DNA of 64,000 bases from assembly GCA_937877655.1 (NCBI GenBank), contig CALFJC010000176.1, positions 4,607 to 68,606 on the forward strand. Reading direction: 5' to 3'. The notes beneath the pieces are model-generated. The model was given only the letters and a program-made list of their open reading frames with translations, was not told the DNA's origin and did no database searches. Below are positions 1-9,102 of the stretch, one piece after another (position 1 is the stretch's first letter; each line of letters opens with the position of its first letter). This DNA comes from an uncultured Selenomonadales bacterium (lineage in GTDB: Bacteria; Bacillota; Negativicutes; Selenomonadales; Selenomonadaceae). Position numbers and translations under genes: made by a program.

Positions 1-1
1 A

Positions 2-181
2 CATGTAAGCGAAAGTCAGCGAATCGCCGATAAAAGATTGGAAAAGGCAAAGGCGACGAACGAAAAATTACGCAAGGAACTCGCCGAACTTCAAGACATT
101 AACAACATTGAGAAATTGGCGCGTGAGGAATTGGGATTCACCAAAGAAGGCGAAATGCCCTATCAAACGACGCGACAGTAA
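2..181 (+). CDS. divIC: Septum formation initiator (FtsB/DivIC family), C-terminal fragment; the 5' end is outside the window
   Basis: Open frame from the window edge to TAA at 179-181. The translation ...EKAKATNEKLRKELAELQDINNIEKLAREELGFTKEGEMPY has the coiled-coil plus AREELG-type tail typical of FtsB/DivIC. It lies directly upstream of an S1-domain gene, as in Bacillus divIC-yabR. Confidence 0.55.
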   Translation, partial: HVSESQRIADKRLEKAKATNEKLRKELAELQDINNIEKLAREELGFTKEGEMPYQTTRQ

Positions 182-206
182 AAAAATTTTTTGGGAGGAC
201 AAAATT

Positions 207-632
207 TTGGCAATGGAAGCAGGTAACATTGTTGAAGGCAAGGTTACGCGAATTACGAACTTTGGTGCCTTCGTGGAGCTGGAAGAAGGAAAAGTCGGGC
301 TGATTCACATTTCGGAGGTCGCCGATGTCTATGTCAATGACGTTCACGATTTTTTGAGCGAGGGCGACAAAGTTCAAGTGAAAATCGTCAGCATTGACGG
401 CAACAAAATTGCCTTGTCGCTGAAACAGGCAAAGCCCAAGCCGCCCGAAAGTGAAGCGCAATCTTCAAAACAAAATCGGCGCGGCGACTTTCGCAAACCG
501 CAAAAACAACTGTCGGCATCGTTTGAAGATAAGCTGTCGAAATTCCTTAAGGACAGCGACGAACGCTTAACGGATTTAAAAAGAAAAACGGACTCCAAGC
601 GCGGCGGTCGCGGCTCGCGGCGGTCGGATTAA
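207..632 (+). CDS. yabR: S1 RNA-binding domain protein (YabR-like) with a basic C-terminal tail
   Basis: S1/OB motif GNIVEGKVTRITNFGAFVELEEGKVGLIHISEV. GGGAGG at 193-198 lies 8 nt before TTG 207 (ATG 213 is an alternative). The track start at 108 overlaps divIC and is an artefact. Confidence 0.8.
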   Translation: MAMEAGNIVEGKVTRITNFGAFVELEEGKVGLIHISEVADVYVNDVHDFLSEGDKVQVKIVSIDGNKIALSLKQAKPKPPESEAQSSKQNRRGDFRKPQKQLSASFEDKLSKFLKDSDERLTDLKRKTDSKRGGRGSRRSD

Positions 633-656
633 ATCGCGTCCCTTGCACTTTTTTTT

Positions 657-705
657 TAATTAGGAACCAGGAACTAAAACCTAAAACCTAAAACCTAAAA
701 CCTAT
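657..705. repeat. Tandem heptanucleotide array (AATTAGG AACCAGG AACTAAA then ACCTAAA x3, ACCTATC)
   Basis: Direct reading. Seven consecutive 7-nt units in the yabR-tilS spacer. Same family as the arrays at 2277, 17345, 43395, 46871 and 61914. Confidence 0.85.
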
Positions 706-718
706 CAGGAATGGAGAA

Positions 719-1711
719 TTGCCGTTGCTGAAAAAATTTGTTGACGTCTGCGCAACAGAAAAAATTTTCGACGGCGTCCGCAAAATTTTAATCGCGGTAT
801 CGGGCGGAGCAGATTCGCTTGCGTTGGCTGAACTGCTGATAAATTCTCGGCGAAGATTCGATTTAGAACTTTGCATTGCGCACTTTGAACACGGCTTGCG
901 CGGACAAGAATCGCTTGACGACGCGGCTTTTGTAAAAAATTTTGCCGAAGAACACGCCATAAAATTTGTCGGAGCCGGCGGCGACGTTAAAGCTTTCGCG
1001 GCAGAAAATAAAATTTCAATCGAGACGGCAGCGCGAATTCTTCGTTACGAATTTTTAAGCAAAGTCAAACGAGATTTAAATTTTGACGCGATAGCATTGG
1101 CGCATCATGCCGACGATCAAGCAGAGACAATTTTAATGCGGCTTCTGCGCGGTGCGACTTCGGAAGGTTTATCGGCGATGAAGTTCAGAACTTTTTCCGA
1201 AGAATACGGCTTGTTGATTCGCCCGCTGTTAAGATTCAGGAAAGTCGAGCTTGAAAATTTCTGCCGAGAAAAAAATTTACTGCCGCGCCTTGACGCAACC
1301 AATTTCGAGGCGGAAGCGACGCGCAATAAAATTCGCTTGGAACTTATCCCGACGTTGGAGAAATTTAATCCCGCGCTTGTCGAAACTCTCTGCAGACTCG
1401 GCGAAGTCACGGCGGAAGAATCGGACTTCATCTCCGCGCAGGCAGAAAAAATTTTCTCCGCCGTCGTCAAAGGAAATTGCATTATCCGCGCAGATTTTTT
1501 GAAACTCCATCCCGCACTTCAACGAGTCGTCATAAAAAAATTTCTCGCAAAAGTCACGGGCTCGACAAAAGATTTCGGCTTTGTGCACTTTGAAGGCGTC
1601 CGAAAAGTTTTGTTGAACAATTTGTCGGGTGTCGAGATCCCAAAAAATTTGCGGGCTGATTTAAGGAAAGGAAAACTTTACATAACCAAAAATTTTATCG
1701 GAAAGGGTTGA
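719..1711 (+). CDS. tilS: tRNA(Ile)-lysidine synthetase, short form
   Basis: PP-loop motif SGGADS (ILIAVSGGADSLALAEL). Conserved tilS-hpt-ftsH order. TTG start at 719 or 725 (GGAG at 714-717). Confidence 0.85.
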   Translation: MPLLKKFVDVCATEKIFDGVRKILIAVSGGADSLALAELLINSRRRFDLELCIAHFEHGLRGQESLDDAAFVKNFAEEHAIKFVGAGGDVKAFAAENKISIETAARILRYEFLSKVKRDLNFDAIALAHHADDQAETILMRLLRGATSEGLSAMKFRTFSEEYGLLIRPLLRFRKVELENFCREKNLLPRLDATNFEAEATRNKIRLELIPTLEKFNPALVETLCRLGEVTAEESDFISAQAEKIFSAVVKGNCIIRADFLKLHPALQRVVIKKFLAKVTGSTKDFGFVHFEGVRKVLLNNLSGVEIPKNLRADLRKGKLYITKNFIGKG

Positions 1712-2274
1712 TTGCTTTGAAAAGTAAGGAAGATTACATTGAACGCGTGCTGTACACCGAGGAAGAGATCGCCGCTCGTGTCAAGGAGCTCAGCGCGCAA
1801 ATCAGCGAGGATTACAAAAATATCGCCAAGCCGCTTTTGACGGTCGGCATTCTCAACGGCGCGGTTATGTTTTATACCGACGTTGTGCGGCGGCTGACCA
1901 TTCCCGTCCAATTCGATTTTCTTATCGCCTCCAGCTACGATGCCAATTCTCACACAAGCGGCAAAGTCAACATTCTTAAAAATCTCGACAACGATCCGAA
2001 GGGCAGAGATATTTTGCTTGTGGAAGACATTATCGACTCCGGCACTACGATGAATTTTCTTATCGAATATTTTCTTGACAAGAAGGCGAACAGCGTAAAA
2101 ATCTGTACGCTTCTCAACAAGCCGAGCCGCCGCAAAGTCGATGTCAAGATTGATTATTGCGGCTTTGAAGTTCCCGATGATTTTATTGTCGGCTACGGGC
2201 TTGACTTCGCGCAACATTATCGCAACCTGCCTTATCTGGGAATTCTGAAACGCAGTGTTTACGGTGGAAAATGA
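1708..2274 (+). CDS. hpt: Hypoxanthine-guanine phosphoribosyltransferase
   Basis: PRPP-binding motif LLVEDIIDSGTTM. TTG start overlaps the tilS stop (TTGA). Synteny with tilS and ftsH. Confidence 0.9.
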   Translation: MIALKSKEDYIERVLYTEEEIAARVKELSAQISEDYKNIAKPLLTVGILNGAVMFYTDVVRRLTIPVQFDFLIASSYDANSHTSGKVNILKNLDNDPKGRDILLVEDIIDSGTTMNFLIEYFLDKKANSVKICTLLNKPSRRKVDVKIDYCGFEVPDDFIVGYGLDFAQHYRNLPYLGILKRSVYGGK

Positions 2275-2276
2275 AA

Positions 2277-2318
2277 AGCAATTAGCAATTAGCAATTAGT
2301 AATGAGTAATGAGCAATG
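2277..2318. repeat. Heptad array, left arm (AGCAATT x3, AGTAATG x2, AGCAATG); its last ATG is the start codon of the next gene
   Basis: Direct reading. It starts 3 nt after the hpt stop. It is an imperfect inverted match (about 27 of 35 positions) to the array at 2679-2717. Confidence 0.85.
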
Positions 2319-2672
2319 AAAAAATTCAATGTGATAGTTGATAAGAGCATGGATTTTGCCGTAAGGATTGTGAAGCTGTATAAATTTTTGAAGGATACTC
2401 GTTCGGAATATGTTCTTTCAAAGCAAGTTTTGAGAAGCGGCACAAGTATAGGAGCCAACATCAAGGAAGCGACCTATGCTCAATCCAAAGCAGATTTTAA
2501 CGCGAAAATGTATATTGCCATGAAAGAAGCATCTGAAACCGAATATTGGATTGAACTTCTTGAAAGAACCGAATACATAACGAAAAAGCAAGCCGAGAGT
2601 TTGCTGACAGATTGTGTCGAGCTTATTAAAATTTTGACTGCCATTACAAAAACCGTAAAGAGTAATTCCTGA
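2316..2672 (+). CDS. Four-helix-bundle protein ('23S rRNA intervening-sequence protein' family)
   Basis: 118 aa. The sequence FAVRIVKLYKFL...SKQVLRSGTSIGANIKEA...KADFNAKMYIAMKEASETEYWIELL matches the family signature as I recall it. It interrupts the conserved hpt-ftsH pair. Confidence 0.8.
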   Translation: MKKFNVIVDKSMDFAVRIVKLYKFLKDTRSEYVLSKQVLRSGTSIGANIKEATYAQSKADFNAKMYIAMKEASETEYWIELLERTEYITKKQAESLLTDCVELIKILTAITKTVKSNS

Positions 2673-2678
2673 TTCCAA

Positions 2679-2717
2679 ATTCATTACTCATTACACATTG
2701 CTCATTACACATTAATT
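2679..2717. repeat. Heptad array, right arm (TTCATTA CTCATTA CACATTG CTCATTA CACATTA ATT)
   Basis: Direct reading. Inverted with respect to 2277-2318. Confidence 0.85.
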
Positions 2718-2732
2718 AAAGGGGCGTTTTGA

Positions 2733-4652
2733 TTGAACAGTTTTTTGCGCAACGTCGGGTTTTATTTGCTGGTGATTTTTATCGCGATAACTGCTTATGA
2801 CTATTTTTCCGTGAAGCCTCAACCTGTGGAAGAAACCGCTTATTCGCAATTTCTGGAGATGGTTGAAAAGGGCGAAGTCACGAAAGTTGTATTGGTAAAG
2901 AATACGATTAAAGTCACGAAAAAGGACGGCGGCGAGTTCACGACGATAGCACCCGACGAGCCGATTGGCGACGAAAATCTTGTCGGAAAACTCGAAGCCA
3001 AAGGAGTAGAAATAACTGCGCAGAATCCGAAAGATCCGCCGTGGTGGATGACGCTCCTTTCTTCTTTGTTGCCGATAGTAATTTTGATTGGCGCATGGTA
3101 TTTCATAATCATGCAAACTCAAGGCGGCGGCTCCAAAGTTATGTCTTTCGGGAAAAGCCGCGCAAAATTGATGGGCGGCGACAAAGTCAAAGTCACGTTT
3201 AACGACGTGGCGGGCGCGGATGAAGCCAAAGAAGAACTTCAAGAGGTCGTCGAGTTCCTTAAGCACCCGAAAAAATTTAATGATCTCGGCGCGAGAATTC
3301 CTAAAGGCGTTTTACTTTTCGGTCCGCCCGGCACGGGCAAAACTCTTTTGGCAAAAGCTGTCGCGGGAGAAGCGGGCGTTGCGTTTTTCTCTATAAGCGG
3401 CTCCGATTTTGTGGAAATGTTCGTGGGCGTCGGCGCGTCGCGAGTCAGAGATTTATTCGCGCAGGCGAAAAAAAATTCTCCCTGCATAATTTTTATTGAT
3501 GAAATTGATGCTGTCGGTCGTCAACGCGGAGTGAATGTCGGCGGCGGACATGATGAACGCGAACAAACTTTGAATCAGTTGCTTGTCGAAATGGACGGTT
3601 TCGCGCCCAACGAAGGGATAATCATAATTGCGGCAACGAACCGCCCCGACATTTTGGATCAAGCACTTTTGAGACCGGGACGCTTTGACAGACAAATTGT
3701 CGTCGATAAGCCCGATGTTGTGGGACGAATTGCGATTTTAAAAGTTCACACAAAAGGCAAGCCCATTGCGAAGGATGCCGACTTGGATATTTTGGCGCGG
3801 CGGACTCCGGGATTTACGGGCGCGGATTTGGCTAATCTTGTCAATGAAGCGGCACTTTTGGCGGCGCGCAGAAATAAACACGAAATTAACATGACGGAGC
3901 TTGAAGAATCGATTGAACGAGTTATGGCGGGTCCCGAAAGAAAATCCAAAGTCATGAGCGAGGACGAAAAAAAGTTGACGGCTTATCACGAAGGCGGACA
4001 TGCTTTGGTGGGCATGATGTTAAAGCACGCCGATCCTGTTCACAAAGTTACGATAATTCCTCGCGGCAGGGCGGGCGGTTATACTCTCATGTTGCCGAAA
4101 GAAGATCGAAGTTACGCCACGCGCTCGGAACTTTTGGACAGATTGAAAGTTGCAATGGGCGGGCGCGTCGCCGAAGAAATTGTTCTCAACGAAATTTCTA
4201 CGGGCGCATCTCAAGACATTCAGCAGGCGAGCCGCATTGTTCGCGCAATGATTATGCAATACGGCATGAGTGAACATTTGGGCTTTGTTTCTTACGGCGG
4301 CGATCCTTCTCAGCAATATTATTTCGGGCAGACGCAGAAAAATTATTCGGAGGAAGTTGCGGGCGAAATCGACAAAGAAATTCACAAGTACATGGAAGAA
4401 GCTTACGAGGCTTGCCGCACAATCATAAACGATAATCGCGACAGTCTTGAAAAAATCGCGCAGGCTTTGATGGACAAGGAGACGTTGACGGCGCAGGAAC
4501 TTAAAGATATTGTCTTCGGCGAAAAGAAAATTGATTTGGAAAAGCCGCCTGTCGACCCGCCGACTCCGCCGCCCGAACCCGTACCCGTCGAATTGGTTAA
4601 GGAAGTCGAACAACCGAAAATTCCCGACGGCTCGACGCCCGATCCCGTTTAA
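2733..4652 (+). CDS. ftsH: ATP-dependent zinc metalloprotease FtsH
   Basis: Two N-terminal TM segments, Walker A GPPGTGKT, Walker B IIFIDEID and zinc motif HEGGHAL. TTG start lies 8 nt after AAAGGGG. Confidence 0.95.
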   Translation: MNSFLRNVGFYLLVIFIAITAYDYFSVKPQPVEETAYSQFLEMVEKGEVTKVVLVKNTIKVTKKDGGEFTTIAPDEPIGDENLVGKLEAKGVEITAQNPKDPPWWMTLLSSLLPIVILIGAWYFIIMQTQGGGSKVMSFGKSRAKLMGGDKVKVTFNDVAGADEAKEELQEVVEFLKHPKKFNDLGARIPKGVLLFGPPGTGKTLLAKAVAGEAGVAFFSISGSDFVEMFVGVGASRVRDLFAQAKKNSPCIIFIDEIDAVGRQRGVNVGGGHDEREQTLNQLLVEMDGFAPNEGIIIIAATNRPDILDQALLRPGRFDRQIVVDKPDVVGRIAILKVHTKGKPIAKDADLDILARRTPGFTGADLANLVNEAALLAARRNKHEINMTELEESIERVMAGPERKSKVMSEDEKKLTAYHEGGHALVGMMLKHADPVHKVTIIPRGRAGGYTLMLPKEDRSYATRSELLDRLKVAMGGRVAEEIVLNEISTGASQDIQQASRIVRAMIMQYGMSEHLGFVSYGGDPSQQYYFGQTQKNYSEEVAGEIDKEIHKYMEEAYEACRTIINDNRDSLEKIAQALMDKETLTAQELKDIVFGEKKIDLEKPPVDPPTPPPEPVPVELVKEVEQPKIPDGSTPDPV

Positions 4653-4678
4653 AAAAAATTCAGCAGAACGATAGATTC

Positions 4679-4716
4679 AGGGAGGTTGAAGAAATTTTGA
4701 CCTTCCTAATTTTTTT
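4679..4716 (+). terminator. Intrinsic terminator after ftsH
   Basis: Stem AGGGAGGT (4679-4686) / ACCTTCCT (4700-4707), followed by a T-run at 4710-4716. Confidence 0.6.
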
Positions 4717-4733
4717 GCAGGGAGGAAAATTTT

Positions 4734-5018
4734 TTGCGTCACGAATATTTAAAGCTCGTCCCCGAAAATATAACCGTCACTTTTACGGACATTCATTTTT
4801 CAAAGCGGACGGGCGAAAGTATAACCGTTCATCTCGAACGCCCCAATGAAAACGGCTTTGACATTGCCGAATATGTTTTGCCCGTGTGCTACTGCAAAAA
4901 ATGTATGGGCTTTACCGAAGACGAGGAATATAAATTGCGGCAATTCGTGGCAAGACACAGCCCGTTGATTTGGGAAATTGCCCGCGAGGACGGTGAAATC
5001 GTTGCCGATATTATATGA
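4734..5018 (+). CDS. Hypothetical protein, 94 aa; first gene of a two-gene accessory cassette
   Basis: GGAGG at 4721-4725 lies 8 nt before TTG 4734. I recognise no family. It overlaps the next gene by 17 nt. Confidence 0.5.
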   Translation: MRHEYLKLVPENITVTFTDIHFSKRTGESITVHLERPNENGFDIAEYVLPVCYCKKCMGFTEDEEYKLRQFVARHSPLIWEIAREDGEIVADII

Positions 5019-5259
5019 GCTCTACGGTTACAAAATTTTCTTTTGGTCAAATGAAAACAACGAGCCCGTTCATGTTCATGTTGCAAAAGGAAAACAATCC
5101 GCCAATGCCACAAAAATTTGGCTTCCGCCGGAAAGTAATCCCGTTGTGGCGCACAATAAAAGTCGTGTTCCGCAAAAAGATTTGACGCGGCTTTTAAAAG
5201 CCATTGCGCTTGAACGAAACAATATCATTGCTCGTTGGTATGATTATTTCGGAAAATAA
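5002..5259 (+). CDS. DUF4160-family small protein
   Basis: With a TTG start at 5002 the N-terminus reads (M)PILYELYGYKIFFWSNENNEPVHVHVAKG. This resembles the DUF4160 pattern MPxIxxFxGxxIxxYxxDHxPPHFHxxY. Confidence 0.55.
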   Translation: MPILYELYGYKIFFWSNENNEPVHVHVAKGKQSANATKIWLPPESNPVVAHNKSRVPQKDLTRLLKAIALERNNIIARWYDYFGK

Positions 5260-5277
5260 TTTTTGGGAGGAATTTTT

Positions 5278-6273
5278 ATGAGTGAAATTGTTTTGCATTA
5301 CACCCGCGCAGGGCATGTTGAAAATATTCATCGCGGCGACGTTGCGGCGGTAAATTGCAAGGGCGAAGTCGTGGCGGCGGTCGGCAATGCGCATTTGCCG
5401 ATGTTTTGGCGTTCGGCGGCGAAACCTTTTCAAGCCTTGCCCTTCGTGAAAAACGGCGGGCTCGAAAAATATTCCATAACGGAAGAAGAACTTGCGCTTT
5501 TGGTCTCCAGTCACAGCGGCGAAGAAAATCACGTGGCACTTGTCAGAGAAATTTTGTCGAAACTCGGACTTGATGAGTCGGTTTTGGATTGCGGAATTGT
5601 TCGCCCGATGAGCGGCAAGGCTTTCAAAAAAATTATTGCGGCGGGAGAAAAAGTTTTGCCCGTCCACAATCCTTGTTCGGGAAAACATTCGCAGATAATC
5701 GCGCTGTCAATGATGCTCGGCATTCCCTACGAAGGCTATACTCAACCCGAACACGAAGCGCAGAAAATTATTTTTAAACATGTGGCAATGGCGTCGAAAA
5801 TGCCCGAAGACAAATTGGAAATAGGAATTGACGGTTGCGGCGTACCCGTATTTTATCTGCCGATTTATAACATGTCGCTTGCCTATGCAAGACTTTCAAC
5901 GCCTAGTAAAGGCGATTGGGGAGAATATGAAGACGCGGCAACAAAAATTCGCGACGCAATGAGTAAATATCCGCAAATAATTTCGGGGACGGGCAGAATC
6001 GATTTGGCGGTTTCTGAAGTCACGGGCGGAAGAATCATTGCAAAAATCGGCTCGGACGCGGTTTACTGCTTGGCTGTCAAAGACGGCGACTTGGGCATAA
6101 CTTTTAAAATTGAGGACGGCGATTATGCGGCGGTAACTCCAATGACAATCGCCGTGTTGAAAAAATTGGATTTGCTGACAAAAGACGAGGCGGCGGAGTT
6201 GGATAAAATTTTCCCGCCCGTTTTAAAAAATCATCGCGGAGAAATTATCGGCACGATTGAGGCTGTCTTTTGA
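5278..6273 (+). CDS. Asparaginase II family protein (PF06089-like)
   Basis: Motifs SHSGEENH and NPCSGKHS. GGGAGG lies 7 nt before ATG 5278. Confidence 0.7.
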   Translation: MSEIVLHYTRAGHVENIHRGDVAAVNCKGEVVAAVGNAHLPMFWRSAAKPFQALPFVKNGGLEKYSITEEELALLVSSHSGEENHVALVREILSKLGLDESVLDCGIVRPMSGKAFKKIIAAGEKVLPVHNPCSGKHSQIIALSMMLGIPYEGYTQPEHEAQKIIFKHVAMASKMPEDKLEIGIDGCGVPVFYLPIYNMSLAYARLSTPSKGDWGEYEDAATKIRDAMSKYPQIISGTGRIDLAVSEVTGGRIIAKIGSDAVYCLAVKDGDLGITFKIEDGDYAAVTPMTIAVLKKLDLLTKDEAAELDKIFPPVLKNHRGEIIGTIEAVF

Positions 6274-6395
6274 AAAAATTTTATTGGGCTAGCAATGCGC
6301 AGCGTTGCGTACAACCGCGGTTAGTTGCTCCGAAAATTTTTTAAGCAGGAGCGCGACCGCTGTTCTCCCGCTTTTAAAGCGGGGCTGTCTTTTGA

Positions 6396-6424
6396 TTGAA
6401 AAGTTAAATTTTCTATGCTAAAAT
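6396..6424 (+). promoter_or_regulatory. Sigma-70-type promoter for birA
   Basis: TTGAAA (6396-6401), 17-nt spacer, TAAAAT (6419-6424), about 20 nt upstream of the birA start. Confidence 0.5.
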
Positions 6425-6444
6425 TTTCTGCGAGGTGAATGAAT

Positions 6445-7413
6445 ATGCGAAAGACAATCGTTGAGATTTTGAAGAATGCGGGCGACAATTTTGTTTCGGG
6501 CGAGAGCATCGCCGGAGAGTTGGGCATTTCCCGTACTGCTATCTGGAAACATATTCAGAAACTTCGAGAGAGCGGCTACGAAATTATCAGCCGAGAAAGA
6601 TGCGGTTACAAATTAAAAGACGCGCCCGATCTTCTTTTGCCGAGTGAAATTCAAATCGGGCTTGAAACAGAAATTATCGGCAAGAACATGGAATATCATC
6701 CTTCGGTTGACTCGACAAATCGCGTTGCAAAAGCTCTTGCCTATAACGGCGCGGAAGAAGGAACAATCGTTGTTGCCGAAGAACAGGAAGTCGGCAAAGG
6801 GCGGCTTGACAGAAAATTTTTTTCGCCGCGAGGAAAAGGCATTTGGTTTTCCGTTATTTTGCGCCCTGAAATTTTGCCGAAAGATGCTCCGAAACTTACT
6901 TTGATGGCGGCGGTTGCGGTTGCCGAAGCAATGGCGCGTTTCAATCTCAAAGCCGAGATCAAATGGCCAAACGACATTATGTTTGAAGGAAAAAAACTCG
7001 TCGGCATTTTGACGGAGATAACGGGCGAAATCGGCAAGATAACTTATATCGTCGTCGGCGTCGGAATCAATGTAAATATCAGCCGCGAAGATTTTCCCGA
7101 AGAACTTCAAGACGTTGCGGCGTCGCTTTCCGAAATGAACGGCGAAATTTTATCTCGCGTGCAAATTTTCCGCGCAGTGCTTGAAGAATTCGACAAGCTT
7201 TATATCGAAGTCAAAAATTCGGGTTTTGATAAAGTCATTGAGAGTTGGAAAAAATATAATGTCACGCTCGGAAAAAATGTTCGCGTTATCTCGGCGGGCG
7301 AAGGCGAAGATTTTACGGGCAAAGCAGTTGATTTGAATTCGGACGGAGCACTTGTCGTCGAGACTAAAAACGGACGGCGGGCGGTTTATGCGGGTGATGT
7401 TTCAATCAGATAA
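6445..7413 (+). CDS. birA: Bifunctional biotin-[acetyl-CoA-carboxylase] ligase / biotin operon repressor
   Basis: N-terminal wHTH (ELGISRTAIWKHIQKLRESGYEI), ligase core (EEQEVGKGRLDRKFFSPRGKGIWFS) and a C-terminal SH3-like tail. Confidence 0.9.
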   Translation: MRKTIVEILKNAGDNFVSGESIAGELGISRTAIWKHIQKLRESGYEIISRERCGYKLKDAPDLLLPSEIQIGLETEIIGKNMEYHPSVDSTNRVAKALAYNGAEEGTIVVAEEQEVGKGRLDRKFFSPRGKGIWFSVILRPEILPKDAPKLTLMAAVAVAEAMARFNLKAEIKWPNDIMFEGKKLVGILTEITGEIGKITYIVVGVGINVNISREDFPEELQDVAASLSEMNGEILSRVQIFRAVLEEFDKLYIEVKNSGFDKVIESWKKYNVTLGKNVRVISAGEGEDFTGKAVDLNSDGALVVETKNGRRAVYAGDVSIR

Positions 7414-7645
7414 AAATTTTTCGGATAAAAAAATCCCTCAACCTGCGCGGGCGAGGGAATTTTTTTTTTGCGCGTCGTTGTGATATATTTTGATAAAGAT
7501 TTAAGAGTTTGAAAGATTTTTTGGGACGCGGCGGGCGATGTTTCAATCAGATAAAAATTTTTCGGATAAAAAAATCCCTCAACCTGCGCGGGCGAGGGAA
7601 TTTTTTTTTGCGCGTCGTTGTGATATATTTTGATAAAGATTTAAA
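7391..7645 (+). repeat. Tandem duplication (two copies of about 114 bp, 141-bp period) covering the last birA codons, its terminator and an extended -10 promoter
   Basis: Copy 1 (7391-7505) and copy 2 (7532-7645) are near-identical, with one T less in the T-run and C/T at position 5. Each holds a GDVSIR-stop, the hairpin CCCTC..GAGGG plus T-run (7435-7469 and 7576-7609), and TGATATATT (7481-7489 and 7621-7629). Confidence 0.9.
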
Positions 7646-7662
7646 GGTTTGGAGGCTTTTTT

Positions 7663-9009
7663 TTGAACGCAAGAGATATAGACATGTTGCACGGCTCGCT
7701 GTGGGACAAAATAATTATTTTCGCGTTGCCGCTGGCAATAACGGGCGGTATGCAACAATTTTTAAATGCGACGGACGTTTTCACATTGGGACAATTCGTC
7801 GGGAAAAATGCAATGGCGGCGGTCGGCAACAATACTTCGATGGTCGGATTAATCGTCAGCTTGATGATGGGCTTGAGTCTCGGCGCGAACGTCGTTATCG
7901 CCCAAAATATCGGCGCACAAAAAATTGATCGCGCACAATCGGCGGTGAGCACGGCTTTTATCTTGGCGGGCATTTGCGGAATTCTTTTCTGTATAATCGC
8001 GGAACTTTTGGTCGAGCCGATTTTTTATTTCTTGGAAGTGCCGTCAAGCGTCGTGGAAATGGCGGAAACTTATCTGCGAATTTTTCTGCTCGGCTTGCCC
8101 GCGATAAGTTTCTACAATTTTCAAGCGGCGATTTTCCGAAGCAAAGGCGACACGCGCACGCCGTTAATCGCATTGGTTTTTGCAAGCATTGCGAATATCA
8201 TTTTGAATTTAATTTTTGTCCTGCAATTCGATTTGGGAGTTGCGGGCGTGGCGGCGGCGACAGTCCTTGCCAATTTTTTAAGCGCACTGATTTTATTCCG
8301 AGAACTTTTGAAAGCCGAAGGAATTATAAAACTCCATCTCAACGCGCTGATTGTCGACAAGGAAGAGCTTTTTGAAATTGTCCGAATCGGTTTGCCGGCG
8401 GGCATTCAGGGAATGGTTTTTTCTCTGTCGAATCTTTTGATTCAAGCGGCGATAAATTCTTTGGGCGCGGACGCAATGGCGGCTTCGGCGGCGGCGTTTA
8501 CAATCGAAATAAATGTTTTCTGCGTGGTAAACGGCTTCGGGCAGGCGACAACAACTTTTGTCGGACAAAATTACGGCGCGGGAAATTTGCCTCGTTGCAA
8601 GCGGGCGACTTGGGTTTCAATGGGCTTGAGTGCATTTTTCACGCAGACGCTTTGCTTTATGATTTTATTTTTTGTGGAAGAAGTTTTGAGTCTCTTCAAC
8701 GAAGACCCCGAAGTCCTTCGGCTCGGCGCAATTCGGCTTTGGTATATCGTCGCGCCCGAAATGCTGAATGTAATTCTGGAAACTTTATCGGGAGCTCTGC
8801 GCGGCTACGGAATTTCAATGACGCCTGCCGTAATAACTTTGATTTGCGTTTGCGGCTTGCGGGTGACTTGGGTTTTCACGGCTTTTGAAAAAATCCCGAC
8901 CTACGAAACTTTGATGCTCGTTTATCCCCTAAGCTGGCTCCTCACGACGATCTGTTTAATCTTCGCATATTTTTATCACATAAAGAGATTGAAACCTGCG
9001 CGGAAATAA
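7663..9009 (+). CDS. MATE-family efflux transporter
   Basis: 448 aa, about 12 hydrophobic segments, MatE-like N-terminus (LWDKIIIFALPLAITGGMQQFLNATD). GGAGG lies 7 nt before TTG 7663. Confidence 0.85.
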   Translation: MNARDIDMLHGSLWDKIIIFALPLAITGGMQQFLNATDVFTLGQFVGKNAMAAVGNNTSMVGLIVSLMMGLSLGANVVIAQNIGAQKIDRAQSAVSTAFILAGICGILFCIIAELLVEPIFYFLEVPSSVVEMAETYLRIFLLGLPAISFYNFQAAIFRSKGDTRTPLIALVFASIANIILNLIFVLQFDLGVAGVAAATVLANFLSALILFRELLKAEGIIKLHLNALIVDKEELFEIVRIGLPAGIQGMVFSLSNLLIQAAINSLGADAMAASAAAFTIEINVFCVVNGFGQATTTFVGQNYGAGNLPRCKRATWVSMGLSAFFTQTLCFMILFFVEEVLSLFNEDPEVLRLGAIRLWYIVAPEMLNVILETLSGALRGYGISMTPAVITLICVCGLRVTWVFTAFEKIPTYETLMLVYPLSWLLTTICLIFAYFYHIKRLKPARK

Positions 9010-9014
9010 AACCG

Positions 9015-9043
9015 TTGAAAAAACTAAATCTTGATGTTATGAT
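9015..9043 (+). promoter_or_regulatory. Sigma-70-type promoter for the TadG-like gene
   Basis: TTGAAA (9015-9020), 17-nt spacer, TATGAT (9038-9043) preceded by TGT (extended -10). Confidence 0.5.
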
Positions 9044-9102
9044 CGCAATGGAAAAACTTCGGACACCGATTTTATAGTTTTTATATGGAGGAATCCTTGA
9101 AC

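Noticed and set aside
108-206. Long upstream extensions offered by the ORF track for several genes: yabR from 108, folC from 46039, rnhA to 15601, the giant gene from 20754 and the PP2C gene from 11592.
   Set aside because: In each case an SD-spaced start further downstream matches the N-terminus expected from the protein family. The extension overlaps the upstream gene or a promoter or terminator.
7509-7973. Track ORFs 7509-7928 (+) and 7641-7973 (-).
   Set aside because: The first starts inside the duplicated terminator-promoter segment and runs out of frame through the MATE gene. The second is antisense to it. Neither has an SD or a recognisable motif.
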